Notes: generated by a model from the sequence alone, not told the origin. Numbered from the stretch's first letter, positions 36,011 to 46,155 are shown. The stretch is DNA of 64,000 bases from Gammaproteobacteria bacterium (GCA_013150915.1 JAADJE010000012.1:27820-91819); one strand, 5' to 3'. Made by a program: numbers and translations.

Positions 36011-36351
36011 GTATGAGCGAGCGTGGAAGTCTCCACTCGGGTCTCGGAGAATGGGTGGTGCAGCGACTGACGGCTGTATACATGTTGTTCTTCATCGTCA
36101 TCGCCCTAATACGTCTTTCAATTTCGCCGGTTTCCACCCATGCAGACTGGCTCTTGTTATCATCGGGCCTGTTGTTCCAAATTGCTCTGCTGTTGTTCAT
36201 ATTCAGCTTGTTGGCACATGCGTGGTTAGGGTTGAAAAGTGTATTCCTTGATTATATTCATCCCTGGCGACTGCGGTTTTTGCTGTTGATGGTCGTCGCT
36301 TTATTCGTGTTTGCAACAGGTGTATGGGCACTATTGATAGTAATAACATAA
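36001..36351 (+). CDS. sdhD: Succinate dehydrogenase hydrophobic membrane anchor subunit
   Basis: 116 aa. The HSGLGEWVVQRLTAVYMLFF region aligns with the SdhD N-terminus. Stop overlaps the sdhA start (TAATG). Confidence 0.82.
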   Translation: MAVGMSERGSLHSGLGEWVVQRLTAVYMLFFIVIALIRLSISPVSTHADWLLLSSGLLFQIALLLFIFSLLAHAWLGLKSVFLDYIHPWRLRFLLLMVVALFVFATGVWALLIVIT

Positions 36352-38123
36352 TGAAAAATAACATAGAAAGAAGGCGCTTCGATTGCCTTGTTATTGGCGC
36401 AGGTGGCGCGGGGCTACGTGCTGCGTTGCAATTGGTACAGGCTGACCTGCATGTTGCGGTTGTATCAAAAGTTTTCCCCACCCGCTCCCATACCGTTGCC
36501 GCACAGGGCGGTATGAATGCTGCTTTGGGTAACCTTACACCGGACAACTGGCACTGGCATATGTATGATACGGTTAAAGGCGGTGATTTTCTGGGTGATC
36601 AGGATGCTATTGAGTATATGTGTCGTGCCGCATCGCGACTGGTAATTGAGCTCGAACATTTCGGTGTTCCCTTTACACGGCTTGAAAATGGACGCATCTA
36701 CCAGCGTCCGTTTGGCGGACAAAGCCAGAACTATGGCGGCGAACAGGCCGCACGCACCTGTGCTGCAGCAGACCGCACCGGTCATGCCATTCTGCAATCC
36801 CTCTATCAACAGAATTTACGTTCACGCACCCATTTCTTCGATGAATATTTTGCAACGGATTTACTGGTCTCTGAGGAGGGGGTAACGCAGGGTGTGATGG
36901 TGATTGATATAGAGTCCGGCCAGCCATTAATTATTGAAGCTAAAACGATTTTGTTAGCAACGGGGGGGTCGGCACGAATTTTCCGCACCAGCACCAATGC
37001 AATGATCAATACTGGCGATGGCATGGCGATGGCACTGCGTGCCGGCTTGCCGATTCAAGACATGGAGTTTGTACAATTTCATCCAACTGGCATAGCGGGT
37101 CTGGGTATGCTGATTTCTGAAGCGACACGGGGCGAGGGTGGTTATTTAATCAATAAGGATGGTGAGCGTTTCATGGAGCGATATGCCCCGCATGCACTTG
37201 ACCTGGCCTCACGCGATGTTGTTTCCCGAGCCATTGCGACTGAAATCCGCGAGGGCAGGGGCTGTGGAGAAAATGCCGATTATGTGCTCCTGCAATTACA
37301 CCATCTTGATCCGGATATTGTGAAAAGCAGGTTACCGGGTATCCGGGGTATGTCTATCCGTTTTACCGGTATCGACCCGGTTGATGCCCCGATTCCGGTT
37401 TTTCCGACAGCACATTACACGATGGGCGGTATACCGACCAACAGAAAGGGGCAGGTCGTCGTGCCATTGCACCATGCACCGGAAGAGCCACAGCAGGGCC
37501 TTTATGCAATTGGTGAATGCGCCTGCGTTTCAGTGCATGGTGCAAACCGTCTGGGGGGGAATTCCTTGCTCGATATAGTCGTGTTCGGCCGAGCGGCAGG
37601 GAATCACATCATCGATTTTCTAGCGGATAACCGCTTTCATACGCCGCTTAGCGAGGCATCTATAGAGCAGGCAATGGACCATATTCAACGTTGGGATAAA
37701 AAAGGGGAAGGTGAATCTGTCGCCGACATAACAAAACAGATGCGTGTGATGATGGAACAGTATTGTGGTGTCTTTCGTACACAGGATGTACTTGATGAAG
37801 GGGTTGAAAAAGGACGTGAACTGCTTGCCCGCCTGGCAGATGTTCGACTGGGTGATCAGAGTAAGGTGTTCAATACCGCGCGAATTGAGGCCTTTGAACT
37901 TGAGAATCAGCTGGAAGTGGCGATGGCAACCCTGCTATCCGCTGCGGCACGGACAGAAAGTCGGGGCGCACATTCACGTCTGGATTTTCCCGATCGTGAT
38001 GATCGAGAGTGGATGAAACATACCCTGTATTACAATCGTGATGGCGGTGTGCTGGATTACAAACCGGTACGTACGCAACCCCTAACTGTCGATTCCTTTC
38101 CACCGGTAGAGAGGGTCTATTAA
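36351..38123 (+). CDS. sdhA: Succinate dehydrogenase flavoprotein subunit
   Basis: The FAD-binding N-terminus (FDCLVIGAGGAG) follows ATG at 36351; the upstream in-frame codons belong to the sdhD overlap. The covalent-FAD His region (SHTVAAQGG) is present. Confidence 0.93.
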   Translation: MKNNIERRRFDCLVIGAGGAGLRAALQLVQADLHVAVVSKVFPTRSHTVAAQGGMNAALGNLTPDNWHWHMYDTVKGGDFLGDQDAIEYMCRAASRLVIELEHFGVPFTRLENGRIYQRPFGGQSQNYGGEQAARTCAAADRTGHAILQSLYQQNLRSRTHFFDEYFATDLLVSEEGVTQGVMVIDIESGQPLIIEAKTILLATGGSARIFRTSTNAMINTGDGMAMALRAGLPIQDMEFVQFHPTGIAGLGMLISEATRGEGGYLINKDGERFMERYAPHALDLASRDVVSRAIATEIREGRGCGENADYVLLQLHHLDPDIVKSRLPGIRGMSIRFTGIDPVDAPIPVFPTAHYTMGGIPTNRKGQVVVPLHHAPEEPQQGLYAIGECACVSVHGANRLGGNSLLDIVVFGRAAGNHIIDFLADNRFHTPLSEASIEQAMDHIQRWDKKGEGESVADITKQMRVMMEQYCGVFRTQDVLDEGVEKGRELLARLADVRLGDQSKVFNTARIEAFELENQLEVAMATLLSAAARTESRGAHSRLDFPDRDDREWMKHTLYYNRDGGVLDYKPVRTQPLTVDSFPPVERVY

Positions 38124-38286
38124 GGGCACCTTTATTAATCCATGAATATTCATCTTGCATCCCAAATCGTCCATCTCTGCGTTAAGCATCTTCGCAATAG
38201 CCATGCTATTGCGTGCGATCCTTGTCTTGATATGAACAATTGTGGAATACAATCTGAGCTATCCAGAATTGATAGAGGTGCCCTTT
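38122..38286. repeat. MITE-like dispersed element family A, copy 1 (~165 bp, terminal inverted repeats AAGGGCACCT / AGGTGCCCTT), filling the whole sdhA-sdhB intergenic space
   Basis: Highly similar to 49889-50048 and partly to 41525-41705. The left terminal repeat overlaps the sdhA stop codon. The right terminal repeat ends 2 nt before the sdhB ATG. Confidence 0.8.
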
Positions 38287-38288
38287 AA

Positions 38289-38993
38289 ATGATTCGCTTC
38301 TCCATCTACCGCTTCAACCCGGACAAGGACAGCAAACCTTATATGCAGGACTACCAACTGGATGAGTCAAGGCTTGAAGGTCGAAAAATGCTTCTTGATG
38401 CTATCCTGCTGTTGAAAGAACAGGATGAAAGCCTGTCATTTCGCCGTTCCTGTCGTGAAGGTGTTTGTGGCTCGGATGCAATGAATATTAACGGTAGCAA
38501 TGGACTGGCCTGTATTACACCATTAAGTTCGCTGAAGCAGCCTATCAACTTAAACCCACTGCCAGGCATGCCGGTGATTCGTGACCTGATTGTTGATATG
38601 GAGTCCTTTTACCGCCAGTACCGCACTATAAAGCCCTGGTTAATGAACGATGAACCGGAGCCGGAAATCGAGCGTTTACAATCGGATGAAGAGAGGAAGA
38701 AGCTGGATGGACTTTATGAGTGCATCCTCTGTGGGTGCTGTTCAACGGCATGTCCATCTTTCTGGTGGAATCCTGGCAAATACCTGGGGCCTGCCGCTCT
38801 ACTGCAGTCTTACCGGTTTCTGGTGGATTCCCGTGACAAGGCAACCAACGAACGCCTTGATGAACTGGAGGATCCTTTTCGTTTGTTCCGTTGTCACAGC
38901 ATTATGAATTGTGTTGAGGTCTGTCCCCGTGATTTGAATCCTGCGCTGGCCATTCATAACATACGTAAAATGCTGCTAAAACGGGCAACCTAG
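38289..38993 (+). CDS. sdhB: Succinate dehydrogenase iron-sulfur subunit
   Basis: 234 aa with 2Fe-2S (CREGVCGSDAMNING), 4Fe-4S and 3Fe-4S (CILCGCCSTACPS ... CHSIMNCVEVCP) cysteine clusters. Confidence 0.93.
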   Translation: MIRFSIYRFNPDKDSKPYMQDYQLDESRLEGRKMLLDAILLLKEQDESLSFRRSCREGVCGSDAMNINGSNGLACITPLSSLKQPINLNPLPGMPVIRDLIVDMESFYRQYRTIKPWLMNDEPEPEIERLQSDEERKKLDGLYECILCGCCSTACPSFWWNPGKYLGPAALLQSYRFLVDSRDKATNERLDELEDPFRLFRCHSIMNCVEVCPRDLNPALAIHNIRKMLLKRAT

Positions 38994-39007
38994 TGTAGTG
39001 TATTCCG

Positions 39008-39316
39008 TTGTTTAGCGATATAGAATCCCGCAATAGCCGCAAGCCAAGGCGTCGCTCGCCGGTAATGGCCCAGGTTCCAGGCAGAATACACTGGCAATGT
39101 CGGCGCGGTATGTTAGAACTGGATGTCATCCTGAATCATTTTGTTGATCAACATTGGTGGAGTCTGGATAATCGGCTTAAAGCCGAATTGGAGACGCTGC
39201 TGAGTTGCTCGGACCTGCAATTACAGAAATGGCTTTGTGAAGGCAGGGAGGCCGACAATGAAGTCTGTAACATCGTTAGCAGAATGCGGCAAGCGGATTG
39301 TCATTCGTCCCGCTAG
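39008..39316 (+). CDS. sdhE: FAD assembly factor SdhE (YgfY/CptB)
   Basis: Conserved RIHWQCRRGMLELDVIL core of SdhE. Sits directly after sdhB. The real start may be ATG at 39065. Confidence 0.75.
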   Translation: MFSDIESRNSRKPRRRSPVMAQVPGRIHWQCRRGMLELDVILNHFVDQHWWSLDNRLKAELETLLSCSDLQLQKWLCEGREADNEVCNIVSRMRQADCHSSR

Positions 39317-39689
39317 ATCACGATTCCTTATATTACTGATTTCGAGTCTACATGTTGTGGCACTCTTGCTGCTGTTTTTCATCAGTCTCAATTTTCTGTT
39401 GCTCCTGATTTTTGCAATGTTGATTATTTTCAGCCTGCACCGACTTATTAGCATGGAAAAATCAATGACTCATGGACTCAGTCTGCAGGAAGGTGAGTCG
39501 CTGCTGTTTCAAAGTGATGAAATATCCAGTTGGCTGGAAGCGGAGGTGCTTGAAAGTTTTGTAAGTCGCTGGGTGATTGTTTTAAGGATCAAAACGCGGA
39601 TTGATTCGAAGCAATATTCATTGGTGTATGCAGCAGACTCGATAAACAGTCTGTTTTTCAGGCGGCTGGTAGTTTATTTGAATAGTTAA
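39258..39689 (+). CDS. cptA: YgfX/CptA-like inner-membrane protein (DUF1434), partner of SdhE
   Basis: Two hydrophobic helices after an Arg-rich N-terminal segment (IRPARSRFLILLISSLHVVALLL). Immediately downstream of and overlapping sdhE, as ygfX-ygfY in E. coli. Confidence 0.55.
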   Translation: MKSVTSLAECGKRIVIRPARSRFLILLISSLHVVALLLLFFISLNFLLLLIFAMLIIFSLHRLISMEKSMTHGLSLQEGESLLFQSDEISSWLEAEVLESFVSRWVIVLRIKTRIDSKQYSLVYAADSINSLFFRRLVVYLNS

Positions 39690-39833
39690 GGCACTGCAGT
39701 AGCAGTGTTTCAAATTTTCTCGCGGAGTTCGCAAAGTACACGGGGAAAGTAAAAGAAAAAGCTAAAAAATACCCTACAGAAAGGAAAGATTTTGACCTCC
39801 CCGCGTCCTCTGTGAGAGACAATCTTTCAGGTT

Positions 39834-41477
39834 TTAGGGTTTAAGGGCACCCTTAAAATCAACAGGGATCAGCACGGTGTTTATCCGATCTAATTCTCGG
39901 TTGGTCTCCGGATAATCCCGTGTAAAATGAAGCCCGCGACTTTCTTTGCGTTGTTGTGCACTACGTATCGTTAACTCGGCAATAACAGCCAGGTTGCGTA
40001 ACTCGAGCAGGTTGTTACCTACCTTGAAATGGCTGTAAAACTCCTCAATTTCATCTTTCAGTAGTTCGATGCGGTTCTGAGCACGCTGCATGCGTTTGTT
40101 GGTTCTGACGATACCGACGTAGTCCCACATAAAGCGACGCAGCTCATCCCAGTTATGTGACACTACCACCTGTTCATCTGGATCGGTGACCTGGCTTTCA
40201 TCCCATTGAGGCAGTTCGGGAATGGGGGCAGGAGGTTGCTTAAGGCTCTTTAATATCGAACGACTGGCAGACTGAGAGAAGACCAGACATTCAAGCAATG
40301 AGTTACTCGCGAGGCGGTTTGCACCGTGAAGGCCAGTACAGGTGCATTCACCGATGGCATAGAGATCCTCGACATCTGTTCTACCATCTAGATCAGTGAT
40401 CACCCCACCGCAGGTATAGTGTGCCGCCGGTACCACCGGAATAGGGCTGGTGGTGATGTCCATACCGAACTTCAGGCAGCGTGCATAGATGGTTGGAAAA
40501 TGTTCGATGATGAAGTCGTGATGGCGATGGCTGATATCAAGATAGACGGAGTCCAGGCCGCCTTTCTTCATTTCATGGTCAATTGCGCGTGCGACGATAT
40601 CGCGGGGAGCCATTTCACCTCTTTTATCGTGGTACTTCATGAAGTGCGTTCCATCCGGCAGTAATAAACGGGCGCCTTCTCCACGTAGGGCTTCTGAGAT
40701 CAGAAATGATTTCGCCTCCGGGTGGTAAAGACAGGTTGGGTGAAACTGTACAAACTCCATATTGGCAACACGGCAGCCAGCACGCCAGGCCATGGCGATT
40801 CCGTCGCCTGTCGAGGTGTCAGGGTTGCTGGTGTAAAGATATACTTTAGATGCACCCCCTGTTGCCAGTACTGTATTAGCGGCACTGACAGACATGATTT
40901 CACCATTTTTCTGGTCTAGAATATAGGCACCGAGGCAGCGGTTCTTCGATCCGTCCAGTTTGAAGCTGGTGATCAAATCAATGGCGATAACGTGTTCGAA
41001 CAGGTGTACGTTGGGGTGATTGCGTGTTTTCTGCTCCAGCGTGGTCTCTATGGCCTTGCCTGTGGCATCTGCTGCGTGGATGACACGTCGGTGACTGTGT
41101 CCACCCTCACGGGTCAAATGGTAATGCCTGCCATCCATGTCGAGGCTAAAACCAACCCCCTGATCTATGAGCCATTGAATATTTTCAGGGCCATGTTTGA
41201 TGACGTATTCAACGCAATCCGGGTCGCAAAGTCCAGCTCCGGCATCTAGCGTGTCCTGTTTATGGGACTGTATAGAATCATTGTTACCCAGCACAGCGGC
41301 GACGCCACCTTGAGCGTAATAGCTGGATCCTTCATGAAGCTGACCTTTTGAGATAACTGCAACAGAGGCCGTGTCAGCAAGCCGCAAAGCCAGACCGAGA
41401 CCGGCCAGACCACTGCCAATTACCAGGACATCAAAATGCTTGTTTGCCATTGCACCACCACTTACGCCTTTATCCAT
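39834..41477 (-). CDS. nadB: L-aspartate oxidase
   Basis: 547 aa with the FAD-binding N-terminus ([13 protein letters not shown]). Divergent from rpoE as in E. coli and Pseudomonas. Confidence 0.92.
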   Translation of the reverse strand: MDKGVSGGAMANKHFDVLVIGSGLAGLGLALRLADTASVAVISKGQLHEGSSYYAQGGVAAVLGNNDSIQSHKQDTLDAGAGLCDPDCVEYVIKHGPENIQWLIDQGVGFSLDMDGRHYHLTREGGHSHRRVIHAADATGKAIETTLEQKTRNHPNVHLFEHVIAIDLITSFKLDGSKNRCLGAYILDQKNGEIMSVSAANTVLATGGASKVYLYTSNPDTSTGDGIAMAWRAGCRVANMEFVQFHPTCLYHPEAKSFLISEALRGEGARLLLPDGTHFMKYHDKRGEMAPRDIVARAIDHEMKKGGLDSVYLDISHRHHDFIIEHFPTIYARCLKFGMDITTSPIPVVPAAHYTCGGVITDLDGRTDVEDLYAIGECTCTGLHGANRLASNSLLECLVFSQSASRSILKSLKQPPAPIPELPQWDESQVTDPDEQVVVSHNWDELRRFMWDYVGIVRTNKRMQRAQNRIELLKDEIEEFYSHFKVGNNLLELRNLAVIAELTIRSAQQRKESRGLHFTRDYPETNRELDRINTVLIPVDFKGALKP

Positions 41478-41524
41478 TGATTATAACCTTATCCAGTGTC
41501 TGTTTAGGGTGTTCCCGTTAATCC

Positions 41525-41705
41525 GTAGGTGCACCGCCCCAGTGTGATTGTTTCAGTGAGGAACAGGGGCGACTGGCCCATGAAACAGAATCACACCGAA
41601 ATCGATGCGGCTACAGCGTATCAAGTCTCTGTGATACCCTTAGCTTAATATGACAGGTTCTTGAATCACAATCTGACATATCCAGAATCAAAGAGCTACC
41701 CATTG
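41525..41705. repeat. Divergent copy 3 of MITE-like element family A, in the nadB-rpoE intergenic region
   Basis: The 3' half (CTTAATATGACAGGTTCTTGAATCACAATCTGACATATCCAGAATCAAAGAGCTACCC) aligns closely with the 3' halves of the copies at 38229-38286 and 49991-50048. The 5' part is more divergent. Confidence 0.6.
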
Positions 41706-41894
41706 CTGTTCGCTCGCTGCATGTTATAGTTTGCGGGGTTTATCTAAAGAAGAATCAATACAGTGATCGGGTCGACCTTGCGGCCTGGTTTTTTGTCTGA
41801 ACAGAGAACTTTGATAGAATAATAATGTCACAGAAGACAGTATCAATACTAATGGTCAGGATGTACTGCAGAAGCGCCAGGCGCGGGGTTGCGC

Positions 41895-42470
41895 ATGTCT
41901 GAGGACACTCCGGACATCGTCCTGGTCAGGAGGACTCAACAGGGTGATCAGGCGGCCTTTGGGTTGTTGGTAGTGAAATATCAGCATCGTCTGGCCAAGT
42001 TGGTCAGTCAATATATTTATGATAGTGCTGAGGTGGAAGATGTATGCCAGGAGGCACTGATCAAGGCCTATCGTGCTATTGGTAATTTTCGTGGTGAAAG
42101 TGCATTCTACACTTGGCTTTACCGCATTGCAGTTAATACAGCGAAGAATTATCTAATTTCACAGGGGCGTAGGCCGCCGAAAACGGATATTGATGTTGAG
42201 GATGCGGTTCAAATCGAAGCCGGTGCGGTGATGCGGGAAACGGGAACCCCGGAGGCCAATGCCTTAACAAGGGAGTTGGCAGAGGCGGTGACACGTGCGG
42301 TAGAACAGTTGCCTGAGGACTTGAAAGTGGCAATTACCTTACGCGAAATTGAAGGATTGTCCTATGATGAAATCGCGGAGGTCATGGGTTGTCCGATAGG
42401 AACAGTCCGGTCGAGAATTTTTAGGGCACGTGATGCCATCGACCGAGAATTGAAACCCTTGCTCGAGTGA
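41895..42470 (+). CDS. rpoE: RNA polymerase sigma-E (sigma-24, AlgU-like) factor
   Basis: The MSEDTPDIVLVRRTQQGDQAAF... N-terminus matches RpoE/AlgU (ATG 41895). The ORF-track start at 41889 is TTG. Confidence 0.93.
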   Translation: MSEDTPDIVLVRRTQQGDQAAFGLLVVKYQHRLAKLVSQYIYDSAEVEDVCQEALIKAYRAIGNFRGESAFYTWLYRIAVNTAKNYLISQGRRPPKTDIDVEDAVQIEAGAVMRETGTPEANALTRELAEAVTRAVEQLPEDLKVAITLREIEGLSYDEIAEVMGCPIGTVRSRIFRARDAIDRELKPLLE

Positions 42471-42478
42471 GAGATGTA

Positions 42479-43093
42479 ATGAACGAGAATGTATCATGTT
42501 TTATAGATGGTGAACTGGATCAGGCAGAATCCGAACGGTTGATCACACAGCTGGACGAAGACAAGGATCTTCGTGAACAGTGGCGACGGTATAATATCTA
42601 TGGATCTGCCATACGCAATGAATTATCACCTGTTCTTTCTTCTGATTTTAGTGACCGGGTTCTTCGGGCCCTGGCGAATGAGCCTGTACAGCTTGCACCT
42701 GCCTCCCTGGGCAGGCGCACACGGTTGCGTGGGCCGCTAGCGGGCCTTGCTGTAGCGGCATCACTGATAGGCATCGCCATTTTACTGCAAAAGCCTGCAC
42801 TACAGGAAACACAGGAGAAACAGGTCTCCACAGTTGCCGAGCTTTCCGCGCCCGTCACGGCCCCGGCCCCAGCTCCTCTGCTCGTGCAGCAGGATGCCCC
42901 AGCCCCAGACACTATGGTCGGGAAAAACCAGGAATATGATCTAATTGTTGCCAACAGCAAGAATGAGAATATACGTGAAAGGATCAACCGGTTACTGATT
43001 GAACACAATGAATATAATCCCGCCAGTGATATGACAGGCATATGGTCCTATTCGCATTTTGTTGGATATAATCCCCGTACCGACTCACATTAA
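42479..43093 (+). CDS. rseA: Anti-sigma-E factor RseA (MucA-like)
   Basis: N-terminal MNENVSCFIDGELD motif (RseA N-domain), a central transmembrane segment and a Pro/Ala-rich periplasmic region. Follows rpoE. Confidence 0.78.
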   Translation: MNENVSCFIDGELDQAESERLITQLDEDKDLREQWRRYNIYGSAIRNELSPVLSSDFSDRVLRALANEPVQLAPASLGRRTRLRGPLAGLAVAASLIGIAILLQKPALQETQEKQVSTVAELSAPVTAPAPAPLLVQQDAPAPDTMVGKNQEYDLIVANSKNENIRERINRLLIEHNEYNPASDMTGIWSYSHFVGYNPRTDSH

Positions 43094-44055
43094 TGAAATC
43101 AAAACTGCATTTTCTACTGCTGGTTTACCTGGCCTTGATACCTTATGCCTGGGCAGAAAATCAGGGCATAGACTTGCTTAAAAAAATGAATCATGCGGTG
43201 AACAACGTTAACTATGACGGTGTTTTTTTACATATTGACGATAAGCATATACATACTATGCGTGTAATTCACAAAATACAGAATGGGGCTGTACGCGAGC
43301 GGCTGTATTCCTTAAACGGTGTTCCACGTGAAGTTATTAGAGATCCTGAAAGGGTACTGTGTATCTTGCCTGAAAAGAAAATGGGTCATGCGGGACTTCG
43401 TTCTAATAAGGAAACGGGTTTTCCAGGTTTCATGGTCAATAATCTCGCAGGGCTCTCTAATAATTATCTTATTTCTACGGAGGGTGTTGATAGAATTGCA
43501 GACAGACCTGTTACTCGCTTGCAAATACTTCCGCGTGATGGTTTTCGCTATGGTTATGAGCTGTGGGCTGATCAGGACACCGGCCTGTTATTGAGATCTG
43601 CGTTGATAGATAACGTCGGAAATGTGATTGAGCAGTATATGTTTGCCATGATAGAAATTGGTGGAGAGATCCCTGATTCAGCACTATTGCCAAAGACGAA
43701 CAAGAATACACTCGAATGGCATAATAGCAAGAGGCCACCTGTCAACACACCACTGAAAGATTCAAACTGGCAGTTTTCAACCTTGCCGGAAGGTTACAGG
43801 CTGGTCAATATTCTTCAGCAATCCATACCCATGGAGTCTAAGCAGATAGAGCACATGATTTTAAGTGATGGCCTGGCGGGGGTGTCGGTATTTATAGAAA
43901 AAATGAGTAGCCCCACATCTGAGATCGGCCTTGATCAAATGGGGGCGGTCCACTCCTATACACAGATTATCGATGGTTACTTGATTACGACTATTGGTGA
44001 AGTCCCGGCAGCCGCTATAAAGATAATTAGCGATGCGTTGGTACGCAAACATTGA
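43093..44055 (+). CDS. rseB: Sigma-E regulatory protein RseB (MucB-like)
   Basis: 320 aa with a signal peptide. Conserved RseB/MucB fold. Translationally coupled to rseA. Confidence 0.85.
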   Translation: MKSKLHFLLLVYLALIPYAWAENQGIDLLKKMNHAVNNVNYDGVFLHIDDKHIHTMRVIHKIQNGAVRERLYSLNGVPREVIRDPERVLCILPEKKMGHAGLRSNKETGFPGFMVNNLAGLSNNYLISTEGVDRIADRPVTRLQILPRDGFRYGYELWADQDTGLLLRSALIDNVGNVIEQYMFAMIEIGGEIPDSALLPKTNKNTLEWHNSKRPPVNTPLKDSNWQFSTLPEGYRLVNILQQSIPMESKQIEHMILSDGLAGVSVFIEKMSSPTSEIGLDQMGAVHSYTQIIDGYLITTIGEVPAAAIKIISDALVRKH

Positions 44056-44118
44056 AGGGCTTCCTAAAAAGAAGGCACTCAACAATCAGATTTGATCAGA
44101 GGCTCCAAAAGTAAAGAA

Positions 44119-44573
44119 ATGATACGGTTAGAACGGGGCTTCGTCATCTCCCTCCAGGGTCGGTATGAAAGTATTTCCCCATTACCTACGCAGGTTGTCA
44201 GTCCTGCGTATCCAACGGTATGTGTGGTACAGCACTGTTGAAGACACTGTTTGGCAACGGCAACAGGCGGTGGCGGGTTAGTGTAAAAAAACCTGCAAAT
44301 GTGAGGTCCGGAGATCAGGCAACTATTGGCCTGAACAGAATAGCTTTGGTGCTTTCTTCGCTGTTGATCTATCTGCTTCTATGGTTGATGCGGGTTCCTG
44401 ATACAATCACGGGCGAAACAATTGCTTATAGAGCGGGTATTGAAAAGGGTGAATTTGCCGCTATATTATCTGGGTCAGGAAGTGCTTTGGTACCGTTTAT
44501 AGTTGTCAGCCAAATTGTAAGACCCAGCTATTTTTCGACATTATTCCAGCCCGCAGTACTTGATCGAGAATAA
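44119..44573 (+). pseudogene. rseC: RseC/MucC-like protein, apparently frameshifted near 44170-44186
   Basis: The N-terminal segment (MIRLERGFVISLQGRYESI, frame starting 44119) and the remainder (ITYAGCQSCVSNGMCG...LVLSSLLIYLLLWLM, frame of ORF 44220..44573) align consecutively to RseC (…VVSWQNGQALVSCDVKASCSSCASRAGCG…). They are joined by a -1 shift inside a TTTCCCC run. Confidence 0.55.
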
Positions 44574-44649
44574 ACCTTCACACTTCTTTCCTTATAGTAT
44601 CTTTATGTATTTTATTTTAATTCTGTTTTGTAGTTCCGAGGATCAACTC

Positions 44650-46074
44650 ATGAAAAAGTTATTAATGCTACCCGCCCTGTTCCTGTTCATTTCATTTGCG
44701 ACAGTGACAGCTAATGCAAATGCATTACCCGATTTTGTACACCTGGTTGAAGAACAGGGTAAGGCAGTGGTTAATATAAGTACCAAGCAAAAATCAAAGT
44801 CTTTACAATCGGGGTCGGGAGAGTTACGTCTACCCGATCTGCCGCAAGACAGTCCTTTCTATGAATTCTTTGAGAAATTCTTTGGTCAGTTACCGCAGTC
44901 TCCACAGGGAACATACCCACATCCCAGTATTAGATCCCTCGGCTCAGGCTTTATTATTTCTGCAGATGGTTATGTGTTGACTTCTGCACATGTGGTAGAC
45001 AATGCTGATGAAATTGTTGTCCGCATGACAGACAGACGGGAAATGCTGGCAAAAGTAATCGGTACTGATAAACGCAGTGACGTTGCTTTGTTGAAAATTG
45101 AGGCAAAAAATTTGCCCTATTTGAAACCGGGTAAACCAGATGAACTAAAGGTTGGAGAATGGGTATTGGCAATCGGCTCACCCTTTGGTTTTGAGAATAC
45201 CGCGACGGCGGGTATTGTTTCTGCCAAGGGTCGAAGCCTGCCAAACGAAAATTATATTCCTTTCATTCAAACGGATGTGGCGATTAACCCGGGTAATTCG
45301 GGTGGTCCACTGTTCAATATGGATGGTGAGGTTGTAGGGATCAACGCCCAGATATACAGCCGTTCAGGCGGTTATATGGGGCTGGCGTTTTCTGTTCCTA
45401 TCGATTTAGCAATACAGGTTGCCGATCAACTGCGTGCTGGTGGGAAAGTTAAGCGTGGCTGGCTTGGCGTGACCATCCAGGATGTAAATCGTGATCTGGC
45501 TGAAGCCTTTGATATGGACAAACCTTTTGGTGCGCTGGTTTCATCTGTTCTTCCAGATAGTCCAGCATCAAAATCAGATTTACAGGTGCAGGATGTGATA
45601 GTTGAATACAACGGTAAACCCGTCAGACTTTCTTCAGATCTGCCGTTTTATGTTGGGCGCAGCAAGGTTGGGACAACTGCAACTTTAAAAGTTTTACGTG
45701 CTGGAAAATCACGAAATGTGAAAATAAGCATTGGTCAGCTCCCAGAATCAGACGTAGCTACTTTGAATACAAAAAAGCATAATTTGAAAAAAGACACACC
45801 CGATCTGCTCGGCATCTATGTGCGTGATTTATCCCGGGAGGAGAAAAAATTACTGGATCTGGATTATGGCGTTCTTGTCGTCCAGCTTAAAGCAAATTCA
45901 GCGGCGGCGAATGCAGGGATCAGAAAGGGTGATGTGCTTCTTTTGCTAAATAAGAAAAAGGTCAGGAATGCTGAGACGTACAAGGCCATTGCTGGATCAT
46001 TGAAGAAAGGCCGGCCTGCTGCAGTATTGGTAAGACGAGGCAATGGATCACAGTTTCTTGTGCTAAAACCATAG
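44650..46074 (+). CDS. degP: Periplasmic serine endoprotease DegP/MucD (HtrA family, two PDZ domains)
   Basis: Signal peptide starts at MKKLLMLPALFLF (ATG 44650). Catalytic triad motifs (TSAHVV, D, GNSGGPL). Two PDZ domains. Confidence 0.88.
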   Translation: MKKLLMLPALFLFISFATVTANANALPDFVHLVEEQGKAVVNISTKQKSKSLQSGSGELRLPDLPQDSPFYEFFEKFFGQLPQSPQGTYPHPSIRSLGSGFIISADGYVLTSAHVVDNADEIVVRMTDRREMLAKVIGTDKRSDVALLKIEAKNLPYLKPGKPDELKVGEWVLAIGSPFGFENTATAGIVSAKGRSLPNENYIPFIQTDVAINPGNSGGPLFNMDGEVVGINAQIYSRSGGYMGLAFSVPIDLAIQVADQLRAGGKVKRGWLGVTIQDVNRDLAEAFDMDKPFGALVSSVLPDSPASKSDLQVQDVIVEYNGKPVRLSSDLPFYVGRSKVGTTATLKVLRAGKSRNVKISIGQLPESDVATLNTKKHNLKKDTPDLLGIYVRDLSREEKKLLDLDYGVLVVQLKANSAAANAGIRKGDVLLLLNKKKVRNAETYKAIAGSLKKGRPAAVLVRRGNGSQFLVLKP

Positions 46075-46155
46075 GGTACCTCTATTAATTATTCTCCCGA
46101 GGGGAATCACTTTCCTCTCGGTGCCTTCAATAGCGTATAATTTGCGCTTTAATTT

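Noticed and set aside
41560-41700. Sigma-E-type promoter (GGAACTT-N16-TCTGA) within MITE A copy 3 upstream of rpoE
   Set aside because: GAAC…TCTGA-like strings occur, but the spacing does not fit the consensus and I cannot verify it by eye, so it is not annotated as a promoter.
42598-43041. 147-aa minus-strand ORF opposite rseA
   Set aside because: It is antisense to the Pro/Ala-rich periplasmic part of RseA. It shows low-complexity translation and has no independent support.
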